A stretch of 64,000 nt of DNA from the human T2T-CHM13v2.0 reference genome, Homo sapiens. The stretch lies in assembly GCF_009914755.1 (NCBI RefSeq), contig NC_060942.1; one strand, written 5' to 3'. Positions 32,804 to 62,680 of the stretch are shown piece after piece. The notes under the pieces were generated by a model. It ran no database searches. It saw nothing but the letters and a program-made list of their open reading frames with translations, and was not told where the DNA came from. The position numbers were made by a program, and so were the translations under genes. The first letter of the stretch is position 1, and the number at the start of each line of letters is the position of its first letter.

Positions 32804-33300
32804 TTCCTTCAGCTTTTTACTAATTTCTTCTACTATTTGTTCCCGATGGAGGCAAATATTCTACAATATTTTACACTTTAGGTTCTCTAAGAGCTTCTTT
32901 TCTTCGTGTTTGACTCTCGATCCGCACTTGTGTCATTTTATGACATATCTCCAGACTCATCATCAAGAAGCCAAATTTGAGTTAAATAACTCGTAAACCT
33001 GGCATTGGCTTAGTGGCAAGGACAATATTCAAATTTTAGGAAGAAGATGTTACTAAGTAATAGGATCAGTTGCCTGAAAAGACAATATTCTTTCATCAGA
33101 AAGCATTTTACAGGATCTCATTTAATCTTGAGAAGCAACACATTGGATATGTGAAGGTCAGAAGACTGAAATTAAAATTGTAGCTCTAGAAATTGTTAGC
33201 GATTTGACGTTTCAACAGGTCAGTTAGCTTTTCTGAGTCTCAGTTTCCCTCCTCTGTAAAATGTAAATAACCGCATCTTTTGCTAGAAATGGTAGTCACT

Positions 33301-34200
<900 letters not shown>

Positions 34201-35149
34201 ACAATAATGTAGTTTGGTTGCAGTTGTGTGTTTACTGTGTTCCAGGCGTTACGCTAAGCATGTTTCATAAACTAGCTCCAAATGGTATAAAAGTCCTAAG
34301 GTGGCAGAAAGTAATGCAACCTGCTAAGTATGAACAGTTCTAAGTCACAAGAACAAAAGCTGCCTCTGGCCACCTTAAACAAAGGCAAGTTAATCAGAGG
34401 GATGTCACAGCAGGGAGAATGGGGATCATAGAATCCATGGGAACTTGGAGAGGAGGGCTTGGAAAACAGGAACCAAGAGAGTCACAGATGCTATGCAGCA
34501 GAATCCACGGCCAAGGTCACCCACCAAAAACAGTCTAGCTGAAGCAGACTGCAGCACCCGGAGCTGTCTGACCTTCAAATGTTCTCTGCATCTTTGTTTC
34601 ACCAGCTCAAGGCTCAGAGCCTGGAGAGCCAGTCACTGATTGGCTGAGCTTATATTGTGTGCCCCAGGTAGGCAGTGAAGAAGCCTTGACCTTCCCTTCT
34701 CTTCCACAGTAGGAGCTGGGAGTGAGAAAGAGGAAAGCAAGGTTTTACCCATGGGGAATCCTCCCCCAGACAGAGAAGGGGGTGCTGAGAGGAGGAGGGT
34801 GCTGCTGGCCAACAAGCAAGATGGCACCTGTCTTCCACAGGTGGACAGGAAGAGCTCCACGAAGGGGGTGAAAAGCCAGCAGTCAATGCAGGATAAGTCT
34901 AATTTTGAAAGGCACAACAAAACAGAAAAAGTTGTGGGGAATCACTTTGGCAGGGGCATAGAGACAACACTGGAAATGTTTGGATGGAGCAGATCCATAG
35001 GCAGGCTGTATGAGATGCAGATCTGATGGGCCCCCACCCTGGGGCTGTTGGGCTCTCCTGTCTGGCTTCTTGTCTGTTATTGGAGTTTCTCCTCCTTCCT
35101 ACACTTATGGGCTTAGGTGAAACACCACGCCACACTGTGTACAATCTGG

Positions 35150-35540
35150 CACCCTAAGTAGCAATAGAGTGGGACAGATGATGAAACCCAGAAGTGGGGG
35201 TCAGTTTACTCCCCATGGGATGAATTTTGACCAATGAGAAATAGAAGAGGGAGAGAGCTAGACTGAAGTTCTCCTTTTTCTCTCTACTATGCACCTCTGC
35301 CAGGCCCAGTTTCTCCTAGCAGCCCACTTGGACAAGTCCAGGGTGCAGACACGCCTGCCAAGTCCATGCTGGGTTTCTTCCCTTGAAGCAGCATTAGGCA
35401 GTCACACATCACTCTAGGTTGCTCCCCATCTCTCTCCTCATTTTCTTCTTCGTTGCCATGGATTTGCATGTCTCAAAGCGTATACCATCAGCATTTTCAT
35501 CTTTGCCTCAGGATCTGTCTATGGAGATATTGGACTAAGA
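35150..35540. mobile_element. LTR16-like ERVL LTR
   Basis: tccccatgggatgaattttgaccaatg...ttgcctcagg...gactaaga. Confidence 0.55.
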
Positions 35541-35677
35541 AAGGACCCTTTGCATGGAGCAATTAGTGAGATGTGGGAGATATGTTTGAATCCTACAGGT
35601 AAACCATATGTGTAGGGAGAAACCAGGGGTAAGGAATTTGAGCTTGAGGCAGAGGCAATGTGAAATTATTATCAATT

Positions 35678-36277
<600 letters not shown>

Positions 36278-36874
36278 TATTATCAATTCTTAAGCACAAG
36301 AACAAGACAAAAATCTTTTTTTTTTAATTTTTTTTAATGAAAATCTACCTGCTAGCAGTAAACAGAAAGAGCAGAATGAAGAGAAATGGAAGTGGCCATG
36401 TGGGTGGAGGTAGGGGACACAGAAGAGGAATGTGGAGCGAGAATGAAGAAGGAGGAATCAGATGAGATTTCAAACGAAGAAACATGACTTAGTGACTAAT
36501 TGGATGCAGACGATCAAGGAAATTGTTGAGTTAAAATTTTCTTTCTGAGAATGAAAAAAAGAAGGGTTAGATGAAAGATGAACCGACGGGAGAGGAAATC
36601 ATGAGCACAGTTTGATTGTTGTCATTTCGATGTTACCAGATAGTCAAATGGCAATGTTAGAAAAACAGCTGGAAATTCAAGACAGATGGAGATTGTGGCT
36701 GAGGCCAGAGGACTGAGTCTTCTTTGCATGATCTCAAAGTCACTGATATGCAGGAGCTCACCAAGTTGAGACTGTGCAGAGAAAGGTCATGGAGAACTGA
36801 AGTGAAAGCAAGGCAAGACAAGAGGGCTCCTAGAAGATGGTGGAACCTTCCCTGAAAAGGGGATCCATGATTGA

Positions 36875-37333
<459 letters not shown>

Positions 37334-38279
37334 TATGCAAGATAAATATGATTCCCGTTTTATGGGTAAAACCACAGAGATTCACAGAGGCTGGCTAACC
37401 TGCTTGAGTTTGCAGAGCTAAAAAGTGTGCTTTCATTTTTGCTGTATCATAAACCAACCCCAAACTTAATGGTTTTGAGCAACAATCATTTATTTTCCTC
37501 AAGATGATTCTGTGGGTTGCCAGCTAGATGCGCTCAGTTGGATGCTTCTTCTGTTGGCCCTCCTGAGCTCCTTCACGCATCTGCAGTCAACTCCAGGTTA
37601 AGGGATGAGTGATTTAGGGGGAGCCACAGCCCAGATGCATGGAGCTAAAACACAGGAGTCCTCCATCGTCAAAGGAAGCTGATAGATCAAGAATTAGAAA
37701 TTTAAAACAAAATGAGAATTAGAACAAAATATCAAGAATGGAGAGTAAGTCTATTGAGTGTGGTAGAGAGCAGTTGCTGACAGTACATCATAATGACAAT
37801 AATTATTAGAGCAAGCAGCTCCTGAGCACATGTAATGTGCCAGAGACTGGGCCCAGGCTTTTGTGCATTGTCTCACTGAATCCCCACAGCAGCCCTAGGA
37901 GATAAGGTAGGCTGATTAGCATTGTTTTTCAATGAGGAAACAGGCACCTAATGCCTCTAGTAGCTTAATCAAGATGAATCCAGGCAGAGGGGTGTGGAGA
38001 TTGGAATTTGGAAAAAGGTTTGATTTAGTGACTGCTGATATGAAGAAGAAACGTTCTACAGGTAAGGTGGGCAGGAACTATGATTCTAAGATGCTAAAGG
38101 TTGTAAACATGGATGTTGATGTCGCTAAGAATAATGATGGATAATAAGGTGTAAAATAAAAAAAAAATTCAAACTAAGTCCTGAAATATCTAATGAAATA
38201 CGGGATGTGAAAATGTTATACAATACTGGGAAAACAGAAAAATTAAAGACCAACCCAGGGGAGGACATAACATGGGGAT

Positions 38280-38620
38280 AGGCTAGGTTATACTGCGGTA
38301 ACAAACAAGTCCCAAACCTCAGAAGCATAAAACAACAGAGATCTCTTTCTCGATTATTGTGGGTTAGCAGTGGGCTCCGTTCACTATTGTAACTCGGGGA
38401 TCCCAGCTGATGGAAGCTTCGTTTCAACATATGCTTCCCACTGAGGCAAGTAAAGAAGTAAGTCACACACTGGCTCTTAAAGTTTCTGTTTATATTCCGT
38501 AGTCCACGGCAAATCACCTGGTCATACCTAACCTCAAGAAACCATGATAGTGGGGCCCTATTATGTGCCTGTAAGTGGGGGAGAACCAGAAATATTAGGA
38601 AAATAGTGCTAACGAGGACC
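38280..38620 (-). mobile_element. Old MLT1 (J/I-like) LTR
   Basis: ggctaggttatactgcggtaacaaaca...cacactggctcttaaagtttctg. Confidence 0.6.
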
Positions 38621-40642
38621 ACAGAGAAATTCTTGTAGACTATGCTAGGACAGTGCTGGGAGAAACATGAGAGCTAGAACTCAGGTCTAGGAATTCCCGC
38701 TGAACATGGAGAAGAAATGGAGAGCCAGAAAGACAGGGATAGGCAAGATCAAGCCACGCCAGCATCCAAAGCACAATCAGGACTGCTTTCCACAGGGTAG
38801 CCATTCAGATGGAGTTTGCGGCAAACAGGGAAGCTTATTATTGGAGCAGCTTGGGGTTCTCTTGAGGACCCCAATTCAGGAGACTCTAATCCGTGCTAGG
38901 ATGGGGAGGTTCTTTTCCTTCTGCTCCAGACGTCCTCCAAGTGTGTCCTGAGACAATGCATTACCAATTCCAGGTGTGGAATGAGAACTTTACTAGGGGC
39001 AAGAAGGGGCCTTAAGAAAGAAGTGAGTCTAGAGTCATGTTATCTGGAGGGCCCAGGTCTCTAGAGCTGAGCCTTTGCCGGGGGCTCTGACGGAGACCAT
39101 TTACAAAAGCAAATATTTCAGTTGTATCTACACTACACTCATCATTATAATTCTGCGGTAGGTTTCGCTTTTATGTTTCCTGACAACTAAGGACTGCAAG
39201 GTTTTCATGTTCTAATGAAAGAAAACATGGACATTTATCTGCAGAGACAAACACTGAAGCCTAAATAATTTCAAGAGTGAATGTATTTGTGGATTATCAG
39301 CATAACGGACAATACTTTTAGTTACAGGTTTCCAAGACACAGTGCTATTCAAACAGATTCTCATATTAACCTTCTTTATAGCCCAGGGCACAGCTTTACG
39401 TCTTTATTAACTCAGGGAGGGCTTTGAAGAAGAAAAGAGACTGAGATAATGAGGTCAGGCTTGTTTGTTTTTTGATTACCTACATTCCTAAGGTATCTAG
39501 GACCTAAAGAATCTAAAAGAATGCACCGATTATTTTTCTATCAGATTGAGTTTCTTAAATATCAGATGTTTCAAGTGAGCTGATACCAGATCTTAATCTG
39601 TGCCTTAATTCCTTAAGTACCAATAATGCATCACTAGTAGCAGAGCAGAAGTTATGCATAGCTCTGTAACTCACACGTAAAATGCTAGGGAGAAGCCGGG
39701 ACCACCCTAGACCCATTGTAATGAGAACCATCAGTGTAAGGCAGACTTCTTAAATTTCAGTACAGACATTAGAGAAGGAAGCAAAACATATGTAGTGGAG
39801 AAAAATAAACATTTCAAGAGCTAAGCAGCATATGCCTTTCCTCTCTGATTTAGGCCAACAATGACCTCCCTTCAAAGCCAGAAGGATAAGCTAAGCAGCC
39901 AAGGATTGAAAATAAAATAACCCACATGGAGCAAAGGAAAAGAAGAGTTAAAAGAAGGTCACATACCATATGTGTTGGTCACAGTGTCACAAGTTGTTCC
40001 AGGGTAGCTTAATCTACTCTTCCTTAGTTGCCTGCTTGTTGAGCTGGAGGTTTTGTTTGATATGTGACTTCTAATTGAATGGCTATTTTTCATTAACATT
40101 CTGCACAGTTTTGGTTCAATAGGTAATTACTACTATGAAAGGCTGGATTTTAATTATGAGATGAAGAGTCCATCATTTCAATAAGGGCATTTGTGTTCTC
40201 CAAAGTCTGCATGTAGATGACCCAGGGCAGAAGACACTGCTGATTGTAACCCTATCTTCCTTCCAGGCTGTTTTGAGGGAAGACCAGCTTTTTTTCACCC
40301 CGGGGGAGTGAATCTTGATAAACTGAAGTTGGTCAAGGTAATTCTATTCTGTTTGCCAGTGATTGGCTCAGATACAAGCTCCTTTTCCTAATCAGCATTA
40401 TTGAGGTATATTTTATGGAAAAGAAACTGCAGCAATTTTAAGTTTACAGTTTGGTAAGTTTGACAAATGTACACAATTGCAGCCACCCCCATATTCATGA
40501 TAGAAAACATTTTCCTCACCCTCGAAAAGTTGCCTACTGTCTTTTGTAATCAGTTTCCAGCCACCTATTTCTGGAAACCACTGTCTTTCTTTATGTCACT
40601 ACAGGTTAGCCCTTTTACATTTTTCATATAGATGGAATTATA

Positions 40643-42547
<1,905 letters not shown>

Positions 42548-42851
42548 ATAAATGGAATTATACAGTGTTTTGTCTTTATCTTCTTTTCTTTCACTTTACA
42601 TAATGCTATTGAGATTCAACCATTCTGATGTGAGAGTCAGTAGTCCATTCTTTTTTATAGCTGAGAAGCTTTCCATTGTATAAGTATACCTCTATTTATT
42701 TATCAGTTTAGATGACCCACAGTTTTTGGCTCTTATGCATAAACCTGTTCTGAATTTCAAGTGCAAATCTTTGTGTGAAGCTGGATTTCTGAATTGCATT
42801 GTAAGTATATATGAACTCTTTAAGAAGCTGCAGAAGTATTTTCCAAAGTGA

Positions 42852-43554
<703 letters not shown>

Positions 43555-43788
43555 TATCAGGTTTTTTTAATAGCAACAATTCTAGTAATAGTATCTCATT
43601 GGAGTTTAATTTGCATTTACTAATGATAAATGATATGATATGATATTGACCATCTTTTCCTGTGCTTATTTGCCATCTGTATGATCTTTGGTGAAGTGTC
43701 TGTTCAAGTCTTTTGCCTATTTTCTTTTTAATTCAGTTGTTTGTCTTCCTAATATTAAGTAAAATATTAAATATAAAATTAAATATAA

Positions 43789-44189
<401 letters not shown>

Positions 44190-44686
44190 TGGTAACTTTT
44201 GAATTAAAACAATTTTTAAAATACTTTCAGATTTACAGAAAAAGTAAGCAGGTAGGAGAGTTCTCACATACTCTCCCATCCTGTACAGTTTCCCCTACTG
44301 TTAGCACCTTACATTAGAATGGTATATTTGTTGCAATTATTTAACTAGTATCAATACATTCCTATTAACTAAAGTCCACACTTTATTCAATTTTTACTAG
44401 TTTTTACCTTATGTCCTTTTTCTCTTCTAGGATCCCACAGGACACCACATTATATTTAATCATCATATCTATTTAGATTTTCTTGGCTATGAAAGTTTCT
44501 CGGACTTTCCTTGTTTTTGATGACCCGGACACCCAGACAGTTTTGAGGAGTACTGATCAGGAATTTTGTAGGATGTTTTTCTACTGGAATTTGTCTTTTG
44601 TTTTTTTCTCATGATCAGATTGGGGTTATGGGTCTTAGGAGGAAGAAGACAGAGGTAAAGTGACATTTTCATCACATCCTATCATA

Positions 44687-44687
<1 letters not shown>

Positions 44688-44718
<31 letters not shown>
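44688..44718 (+). repeat. (CA)n microsatellite
   Basis: About 15 pure CA units. Confidence 0.95.
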
Positions 44719-44721
<3 letters not shown>

Positions 44722-44731
44722 GTCTACATGA

Positions 44732-45058
<327 letters not shown>

Positions 45059-45183
45059 AAGCTGTGACTGTTAATGTTGATCTTGATCACTCTGCCGATG
45101 TAGTGTTTGTCAGGTTCCTCCACTGTGAAGTTCCTCTTTCTTTTTTGTCCTTTTCCCTACTGCACTCTTTGGACAGCAGTCTT

Positions 45184-46345
<1,162 letters not shown>

Positions 46346-46844
46346 GGTCTTCTTCCAATTTGTTAGGCTGGCCTTGCATCCCTTGGAGAAACTCCACTTA
46401 GTAATAATATTTATGCGCTTTATGCTTTATTGGATTCAATTTGCTGAAATTTTGTTAAGGAGTTTTATATTAATGTTTTTGAGAAATATTAGTGGGTAGT
46501 GTTCTTTATGGTAATGTATTGTTATGTTTGTGGTATCAAGGTAATGCTGACCTCATAAAATGAATTGATAAATGTTTGCTCTTAGTCTATTAAAAGGAAG
46601 ACTTTGTGTAAAAAGATGGTATTATTTCTCACTTAAATGTTTGGTATAATTTACCAGTGAAGTCATATGAGCATAAGTTTTCTTTGTCAGAAGGTTTTAA
46701 ACCATGAATTAAATTTCTTTATTAATAGAAATCTATTAAAGTTATCTATTTCTTCTTGAGTACTGTGTGTCTTTAAAGAACATTTTCCATTTCATTTGAG
46801 TTGTCAATTTTTGTCATAAAATTATTCATATTAATTTTTTTATT

Positions 46845-47446
<602 letters not shown>

Positions 47447-50069
47447 TATCTTGATGTCTATAGGTTTTCAAGAAATATCATTACTCTCATCCATGATATC
47501 AATGATTTATTTTCTCTCACTCTTTTTTCATCAGTCTTCATAGAGCTTGTTCAAGTTCATTGATCTTTTCAAGAACCAGCTTTTGGTCTCATTGATTTTC
47601 TTTATTGTTTTACTGTGTTCTCTTTCACCTACTTCTCCTCTCTATTATTTTCATTTTTCTGCTTGCTTTGGGTTTAATTTGCTGTTTTTTTTCTAGTTTC
47701 CTTAGGTAGAAGCTTAGATTGATTCAATAACTTTCTTCTTTTTTGACAAAAGCGTTTCACTGTAATTTTTCATCTAACAACTGCTTAAGTTGTACCTCAC
47801 ATATTTTGATGTGTTTTGATTTTGTATTTAGTTTCCAGGTGTTTGGGTTGTTTAATTTCCAAGTGTTTGGGTATTTTTCAGACATCTATCTCTTGTTGAT
47901 TTCTAGTTTAATTCAGTTGTGCTTAGAGAATATATTTTGTATGACTTCAATTCTTCTAAATTTATTGAGACTGGTCTTATGGTACAGGATATGGTCTATT
48001 TTGATAAATGCTATGTGTGCATTTTTACAAAATTTGTATTTTGTTGTTTGGCAGAGTATTTAATGATTGCCAGCTAGGTCAAATTGGTGGATAGATTGGT
48101 TCTTGTCCACTCATTGTGTATTTTTGTATTTATTGTTGGAAAGAGAGTGTTAAAGTACCCAACAATATTTGTAGATTTGCCAATTTTTCCTTTCAGTTCT
48201 GTTTTTGTTTCATGTGTGTTGAAACTCTGTTACTAGGAGTATGGATATCTATGGTTGTTATGTCCTCTTAATGAATTGGCCTCTTTTTTATTATGAAATG
48301 TCTCTTTTTATCCCAGCTCACATTTCTTATTCTGAAATCTACTTTGTCTAATATAAATGTTTTGCATTTGATTCACGTTTGCATGATATATCTCATTCCA
48401 TCCTTTAAGTTTTAGCCTAGGCATATGTTTAAGGTAAGTTTCTTGTTCACAGTATACAGTTGGGGCTAACTTTATTATCCAGTCTAACAATCTCTGCCTT
48501 TTAATTGGAAAATCTATGTGATTTACAAATAATGTAACTATCAATATGGATGGGTTCAAACCTAATACCTTCCTATTTCTTTTCTATTTGCCCAATCTGT
48601 TCTTTGTTCCTCGTTTTCTCTTTTCTGATGTCTCTTGGCTTGATTCAGCATTTTGAGTTATTCAATTTTATGTCTAATAAGGGCTTATTAATGCTGCTTC
48701 TTTTTAGTTAGTATCATTTTCTAGTTAATGCTGTAAACTTTACAACTTACTTCTTTGTGCTGTTGTTGCTCCACATTTTATTCCTATGTATATTATAAAC
48801 CTCAATACATGGTTATTATTTTTTATTTACAAAGGCACGGACTTTTCTAATAAAATTTAAAACTAAGGAAAAAAATCTTTTATTTTACTCACAAATTTGC
48901 CATATTTGGTGTTATAGAATTTGTTGTGCAAATCTGAATTTTCGTCGTTTCATTTTTCTTTTGCTTGAAGAATTTCTTTTAATGCATTGTGTATTGTAGA
49001 TCTGCTGGTGATGAATTTTCTCAGCTTGTGCTTGTTTGGAGAATTTGTTTCACCCTTATTGTTGAAACATATTTTCATCAGGAATAGAACTCTAGGTTGA
49101 CAATTGTTTTATTTCAGTACTTTAAGGACATTGCTCTTCTGATTTAAATATTTTCTGATGAGGAGTCAGAAAGTATTAACTCATCTTTGGATATCTATAT
49201 CTTTGCTATAACTCTTATCTTTGTTTCTCTGAAGGCAATATATCTTGTTTTCCTGCCTGCTTTTTAAATTTTGTCTTTATTGCTGGTTTTCAGCAGTTCA
49301 ATTATGATGTATCTGGGTGTGGTTTTCTATCTATTCTGCTTCGTGTTCATTGAGATTTTTAGATTTGTTTGTATCATTTTCATCAAACTAGGAAAATTTT
49401 GGCCATTGTTTCTTCCAATATTTTTATATTTTCCCTGAATTTACTCTTCCAGGACTCAAATTATATGTATGTTACACAGCTTGATATTGTCCCACAGGTC
49501 ACTTATCGCTTATGATTTTTAGTCTTTTTCTCTGTTTTATTATTTTTACATAGTTTCTGTTGCTTCGTATGCAAGTTTGCTGAGCTTTTCTTCTGCAGTG
49601 TCTGATCTGCTGGTAATTCCATTCACTGTATTTTTCATCTCTGGAAACTCCATTTGGATTTTTGTTTTACATACTCCATTTTTCTATCACATTCCCCTCT
49701 ACTTTTTTTGAGCATATGAAGCATTTCTATATAGTCTTGTCGTATGTATAACATGTCACTATAGCTTTGTCATTTCTGGATCTGTTTTTATTCATTGATT
49801 TTACCATTTGTTATGGGTTATAGTTTCCTTTTTCTTTGCATGCCTGGTAATTTTTTAATGTACTTGCTGTTTTTACTTTTTACTTTGTTTTGTGCTAGAT
49901 TTTATTGTGTTTCTTTAAATATGTTTTGGTTTGTTTTGGCATGTAGTTAAATTACTTGAGAGCAGTTTGATGCTATCAAAATTTGTTTTCAAACTTTCTA
50001 AAGGTAGTTCCAGAGCAGCCTTTATTCTATGGTTAATTTATAATATGATGATTTGGTCTGATTTTATTT

Positions 50070-50366
50070 AGTCTTAGAAAAGGGACAGGAGGAAGGAGTG
50101 TCCTCTATTCCAGCCTTTAGACATTATTGTGTGAGAATATGATGCCTAGAATTCTGTGACCACCAAGGGTAGTAGCCGACACCCTGAAGATGGCAAATAG
50201 AAAGAGCCAATAATCTATGTCCTACATGATATTGCTGGGCTATTGAATTAACCAACCTGGAGCCAGCTACTTCCAGACTTCTTATCATGTGAGATAACAT
50301 TGAAAACATTGTTTAAACAGATTTCCATTGTATTTTCTGTTACAGCCAAAACCATCCTAACTGACA
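50070..50366 (+). mobile_element. Old MLT1 (H/I-like) LTR fragment
   Basis: ttccagacttcttatcatgtgaga...ttctgttacagccaaaaccatcctaactgaca. Confidence 0.55.
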
Positions 50367-50437
50367 TATTCTTCCAAATATACATATCAACAGATTTTTG
50401 CCAACTTGGTTCCTCTCGGTTGTTTGGTTGATTTGAT

Positions 50438-50738
<301 letters not shown>

Positions 50739-50780
50739 AGATTTGATTTTTTTAAGTTGAATTTAATAAAAACCTAGTGA

Positions 50781-55916
<5,136 letters not shown>

Positions 55917-56327
55917 CTAGGAGAGCAGTTTGCCTTTGGAATTAATAATTAATTAATTAATTACTATGTACAATTCAGTCTTAGGTATGGATTATGAAGA
56001 CTTCTAACCTGGCCAGTGTCCTCCTCCCTGTCCCCCACTTCAACTATAACCCCCACACTGCCCAATCTTAATGGGTAAAAAGTGATGACACCAGGCCACC
56101 AACTGGGCCCAGTTCAAGTACATGCTCAGTAATGGTAACAAGAATACTTCACCATTTTCTTTAGCACTTTACAATCTACAAAATTTGTTTCTACATTCAT
56201 TGTCTCATTTAAGCCACACAACAAACCCATCTGGTGTTAGTGTTCCTGTTTTATAGATGAGAAAACAGGCTCAGTGGAATCCCAGTAGCTCATGCTGTTC
56301 AAATAGTGATAGGATAAATAGGTCATT

Positions 56328-56870
56328 GTATTAGTATTCTGTTGTACGTAACAAATTATCACAAACCAGCAGCTTACAACGACACTCATTTATTAACTCA
56401 CAATTAATAAGGTCAGAAGCCTAGGTGGACTCATTTGGTTTCCCTGCTTAGGGTGTCAAAGGCTGGGCTCTTCTCTGGAAAATCTGCGTTCGGCCTCCTT
56501 CAGCTCATTGGCAGAATTCAGTTCCACATGGCTGCAGGGCGAAAGTCCCCATTTCCATGCTAAATGTTGTCTTGGGACTGCTCTCAGCTCCTAGAAGCCA
56601 CTCTCTGTTCCTCCTCACACGTGACCTCTTCTATCCTCAAGCCAGCAACAGTGAGCTGTTCTTACGCTTCAAATCTCTTTGACTTTCCTTCTACGACCAG
56701 CCTGAGAAAGCTTTCTAAGCTTAAAGGATTCGTGTGATTAGATTAGGGCCACTCACGCATTCTCTCTTTGGCTTATAGCATAACGTAATCACAGGAGTGA
56801 TAAACACATTCTGTTTTCACCCACAAGGAAGAGGGCCCTGAGGATTACTCTTAGAATTCTGCCTATCACA
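56328..56870 (-). mobile_element. MLT1E/D-like MaLR LTR
   Basis: tgtattag...taacaaattatcacaaac...ttggcagaattcagttcc...ttagaattctgcctatcaca. Confidence 0.7.
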
Positions 56871-57219
56871 TTAACAAGCATTGTCACCCTGCAGAGAGAA
56901 AGGGAGAAAGAGAAGAGATGGCCAGTCCTCTAGCACGGAGCTAGGCTCAGTTTAGCTCACTGATTGAGGAAGTGGAGAGCTCCTGGAGGAGAATTAGTGG
57001 AAGAGAAGACCAAATAAAAAATCAGAGAGAGCAGGAGCGCAGAGACTTAGCTGGGCCTTCCTGAGAGTCCTAGCAGCTTAACTACAGAACACAGCAGAGG
57101 GAGAGCCCTGTGAGCATAGGACCCCTGGTGCCCAGTGGCCCTGCCAACTAACAAGTGAAACCTAACCAACCCCTTGACCGCTGGGATTAGCATTTCCTGC
57201 TCTGGGAGAATAGGGGTAG

Positions 57220-59069
<1,850 letters not shown>

Positions 59070-59099
59070 TAGCAAAAATGATGAAAATGATGATATTAA

Positions 59100-60170
59100 A
59101 AGGCAAACTACTTTGGCACTCAAACTTAAGCCAAACATCACAGGTAAGGGCACAGCCCTCCACAAGACCAGCCTCACTTCAGATACCAGCCACAAGTTTG
59201 GAGATTCCCAAGGCTGCCCTCACTTCTGACCAGCTGGCTGCAAATTTGGGGGTCCTCATGGACTCCCTAAGGTTTGATAATTTGCTAAAAGGGTTCATAG
59301 CACTCAGGAGAGCTCTATATTTACAACTGCAGTTTTATTATAACAAAAAGATGCAAATCAAAACAAGCCAGAGAGAGAGAATCACAGGGTGAGATCTGGG
59401 AGGATTCCAAATGCAAACCTCCTGGCATCCTCAGGGATGCATCTCCCCTTTTCCCCAACAATCCAGTATATCGATGGCACAATTTTTTTTTTTTAATTTA
59501 TTTTTTGAGACAGGGTCTGGCTCTGTCACCCAGGCTGGAGTGAAGTGGCATGATCTCGGCTCACTGCAACCTCCACCTCCCAGTTCAAGTGATCCTCCCA
59601 CCTCAGCCTCCTGAGTAGCTAGGACTACAGGCATGCACCACACCCAGCTAATTTTTGTATTTTTAGTAGAGATGGGGTTTCACCATGTTGGCCAAACTGG
59701 TCTTAAACTCCTGATTGCCAGTGACCCGCCTGCCTCGACCTCCCAAAATGCTGGGATTACAGGCCCTGTGCCCGGCCCTGGACAGAGTACTCTTAACCAG
59801 GGAAGCTAACCTGGGCTTCAGTGTCCAGAGTTTTAATGGTGTTTCTTATTGAATCGTTGCCCATGTGACTCCATCTCCAGTCCCTGCCTTTCTTCAGAGG
59901 TCACACTGATATTACATGACTCAAAGCCCCAGTCCTATAATCACATGGTTGGTCTTTCTGCTGTGGCCATTCCCCATACTGAGCCGTCTTGTCAGTATAA
60001 AGTATGGAGAGGCCCAGCACAAGTCACCTGGTTAGCATCAACTGTCAGGTGTAGTCCCATGGCCTGCCATGAATAACAAATAAATGCCAATCACTCTGGA
60101 AATTCCAAGAGTGTAGAGGTTACCTCCTAGGAACTGAGGACAAAGACCAGTCAGATTCTCTGTTACACAT
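59100..60170. mobile_element. MER21-like ERVL LTR split by an AluJb-like element (59483-59778, minus)
   Basis: cctcacttcagataccagccacaagtt, gtttgataatttgcta, aatcacatggttggtctttctg, ggaaattccaag. Confidence 0.7.
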
Positions 60171-60606
60171 ATGATAAGATTAAATGCTTAAAACATTATG
60201 TTCTGAAGATAATTCAAGAATATGACCGCTGTGTGATTAGTTTTGTTCTGACGCTTCTTTTAGCCCCAACAACATGTGAGGTGTGACATGTTGTGTCGTG
60301 TGTCACCTGGTGGTGACACTCAGCTTGACTCGGAAAATGTCTTCACAAGACATTAGTGCTCTACCTGTTATATCTGGAATGTCACTCAAGACTTTTACAT
60401 GTATCTTTCATTTAAAATGTATTGAGCTTTTTGTATGTACATATACAAAAATGTATATTGTGTAAATATATCAACAGAGAAACACAAATATCAATGAAGA
60501 TTGAATATTAAAATGTTAACTAGGCAGAAGCACTGCAGATGCCTTTCATTTCCTCAGGTTAACTTTCTAGAAGTGAGATTCCTGTGTTACAAAGTATATA
60601 CATGTT

Positions 60607-60910
<304 letters not shown>

Positions 60911-60949
60911 AATTGTAGTGTGCACACACACACACACACATATATATAT

Positions 60950-61340
60950 ACACAATCGAATATTCTTCAGACTTATGAAGGAGGAAGGGAATTCTGACAC
61001 ATGTTATGGTACAACATGGATGAACTTTAAAGACAGAATGCCAAGTGAAGTAAGCCAGACACAGCAGGACAAATACTCTGTCATTTCACTTATCTGAGGC
61101 ACCTAGAGTGGTCAGATTCCTACAGACAGGAAGTAGACTGGTGCTTACCAGGGGCTAGAGGGAAGGAAGAAAGGGGCGCTGCTGTTTAATGGGTACAGTT
61201 TCAGTTTGCAATCATGAAAAAGTTCTGGATGGTGATGATGACTGCACAACGGTGTGAATGTACTTAATGCCACTGCACTATACACTTAAAGCAGTTACAA
61301 TGGTAGATTTTATGTTATTTATTTTACCACAATAAAAAGT
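60950..61340 (+). mobile_element. L1MB-like 3' end
   Basis: aattctgacacatg...acaacatggatgaac...ggtgtgaatgtacttaatgccactg...ttttaccacaataaaa. Confidence 0.8.
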
Positions 61341-62069
61341 ACATACATTCTTTTACAATTTGATGTGTTTTGCCAAACTGTCCTCCAAAAAAGTTATACT
61401 ACTTTACCATCTTTCTAGTGTCTTAGAAAACTGAGTCTGATGCATAGCTTACATGTGAATAGGCTATTGGGGGTTTGCTGTCTTGAGAGAGCTAGAAAGA
61501 GGGAAAAAAGGAAATAAGAAGGAAAGAGAGCAAATTAAAGAGATGTTTTACACAGCTGGTCATAGCTTCTTGCAAAAACTCAGTTGCTTTGCAAGGAGAG
61601 TGTTTCTGGAAATGTCATAGGAAACCACTGTGCCTTGGAACAGTCTGTTGGAAAAAATGAGGCGGAGAAATTACCAGCTGTTGTCTCCCATTGGTCATGG
61701 GGTGCTAACTTCTCTTTCCTTGCAGGTAGAGGGCAGCTGCTAGGGAAGCTAGATCCACATGCCAGAGGCTGGCCTTCAGAAGGGAAGCCAAGATGATCTG
61801 CAGTGCTAAGAAGCAAAGCTACTCTTGTGGTATCTGGAGCTTTTGCAAGCCCCCAAAGGCCTGGGAGGCAGATGGATACAAGCCAAAATAAGGATGTGCA
61901 CTACCAGTGTATGAGAATAGCTACTTCCTCTCCACTCTCACCCATGCTGACATATTGTCAACATTATAATAAAGTGTTGCCTTTGCTAACATTATAATAA
62001 AAAGTATACATAGTTATTACATTTGCATTTTTGATTGCATAATGCTAAGAGATGTTAAGTAATAAATTT

Positions 62070-62680
<611 letters not shown>

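Noticed and set aside
38125-38622. 165-aa minus-strand ORF with a hydrophobic, signal-peptide-like N-terminus
   Set aside because: Non-ATG start, overlaps an old MLT1 LTR, no recognisable domain.
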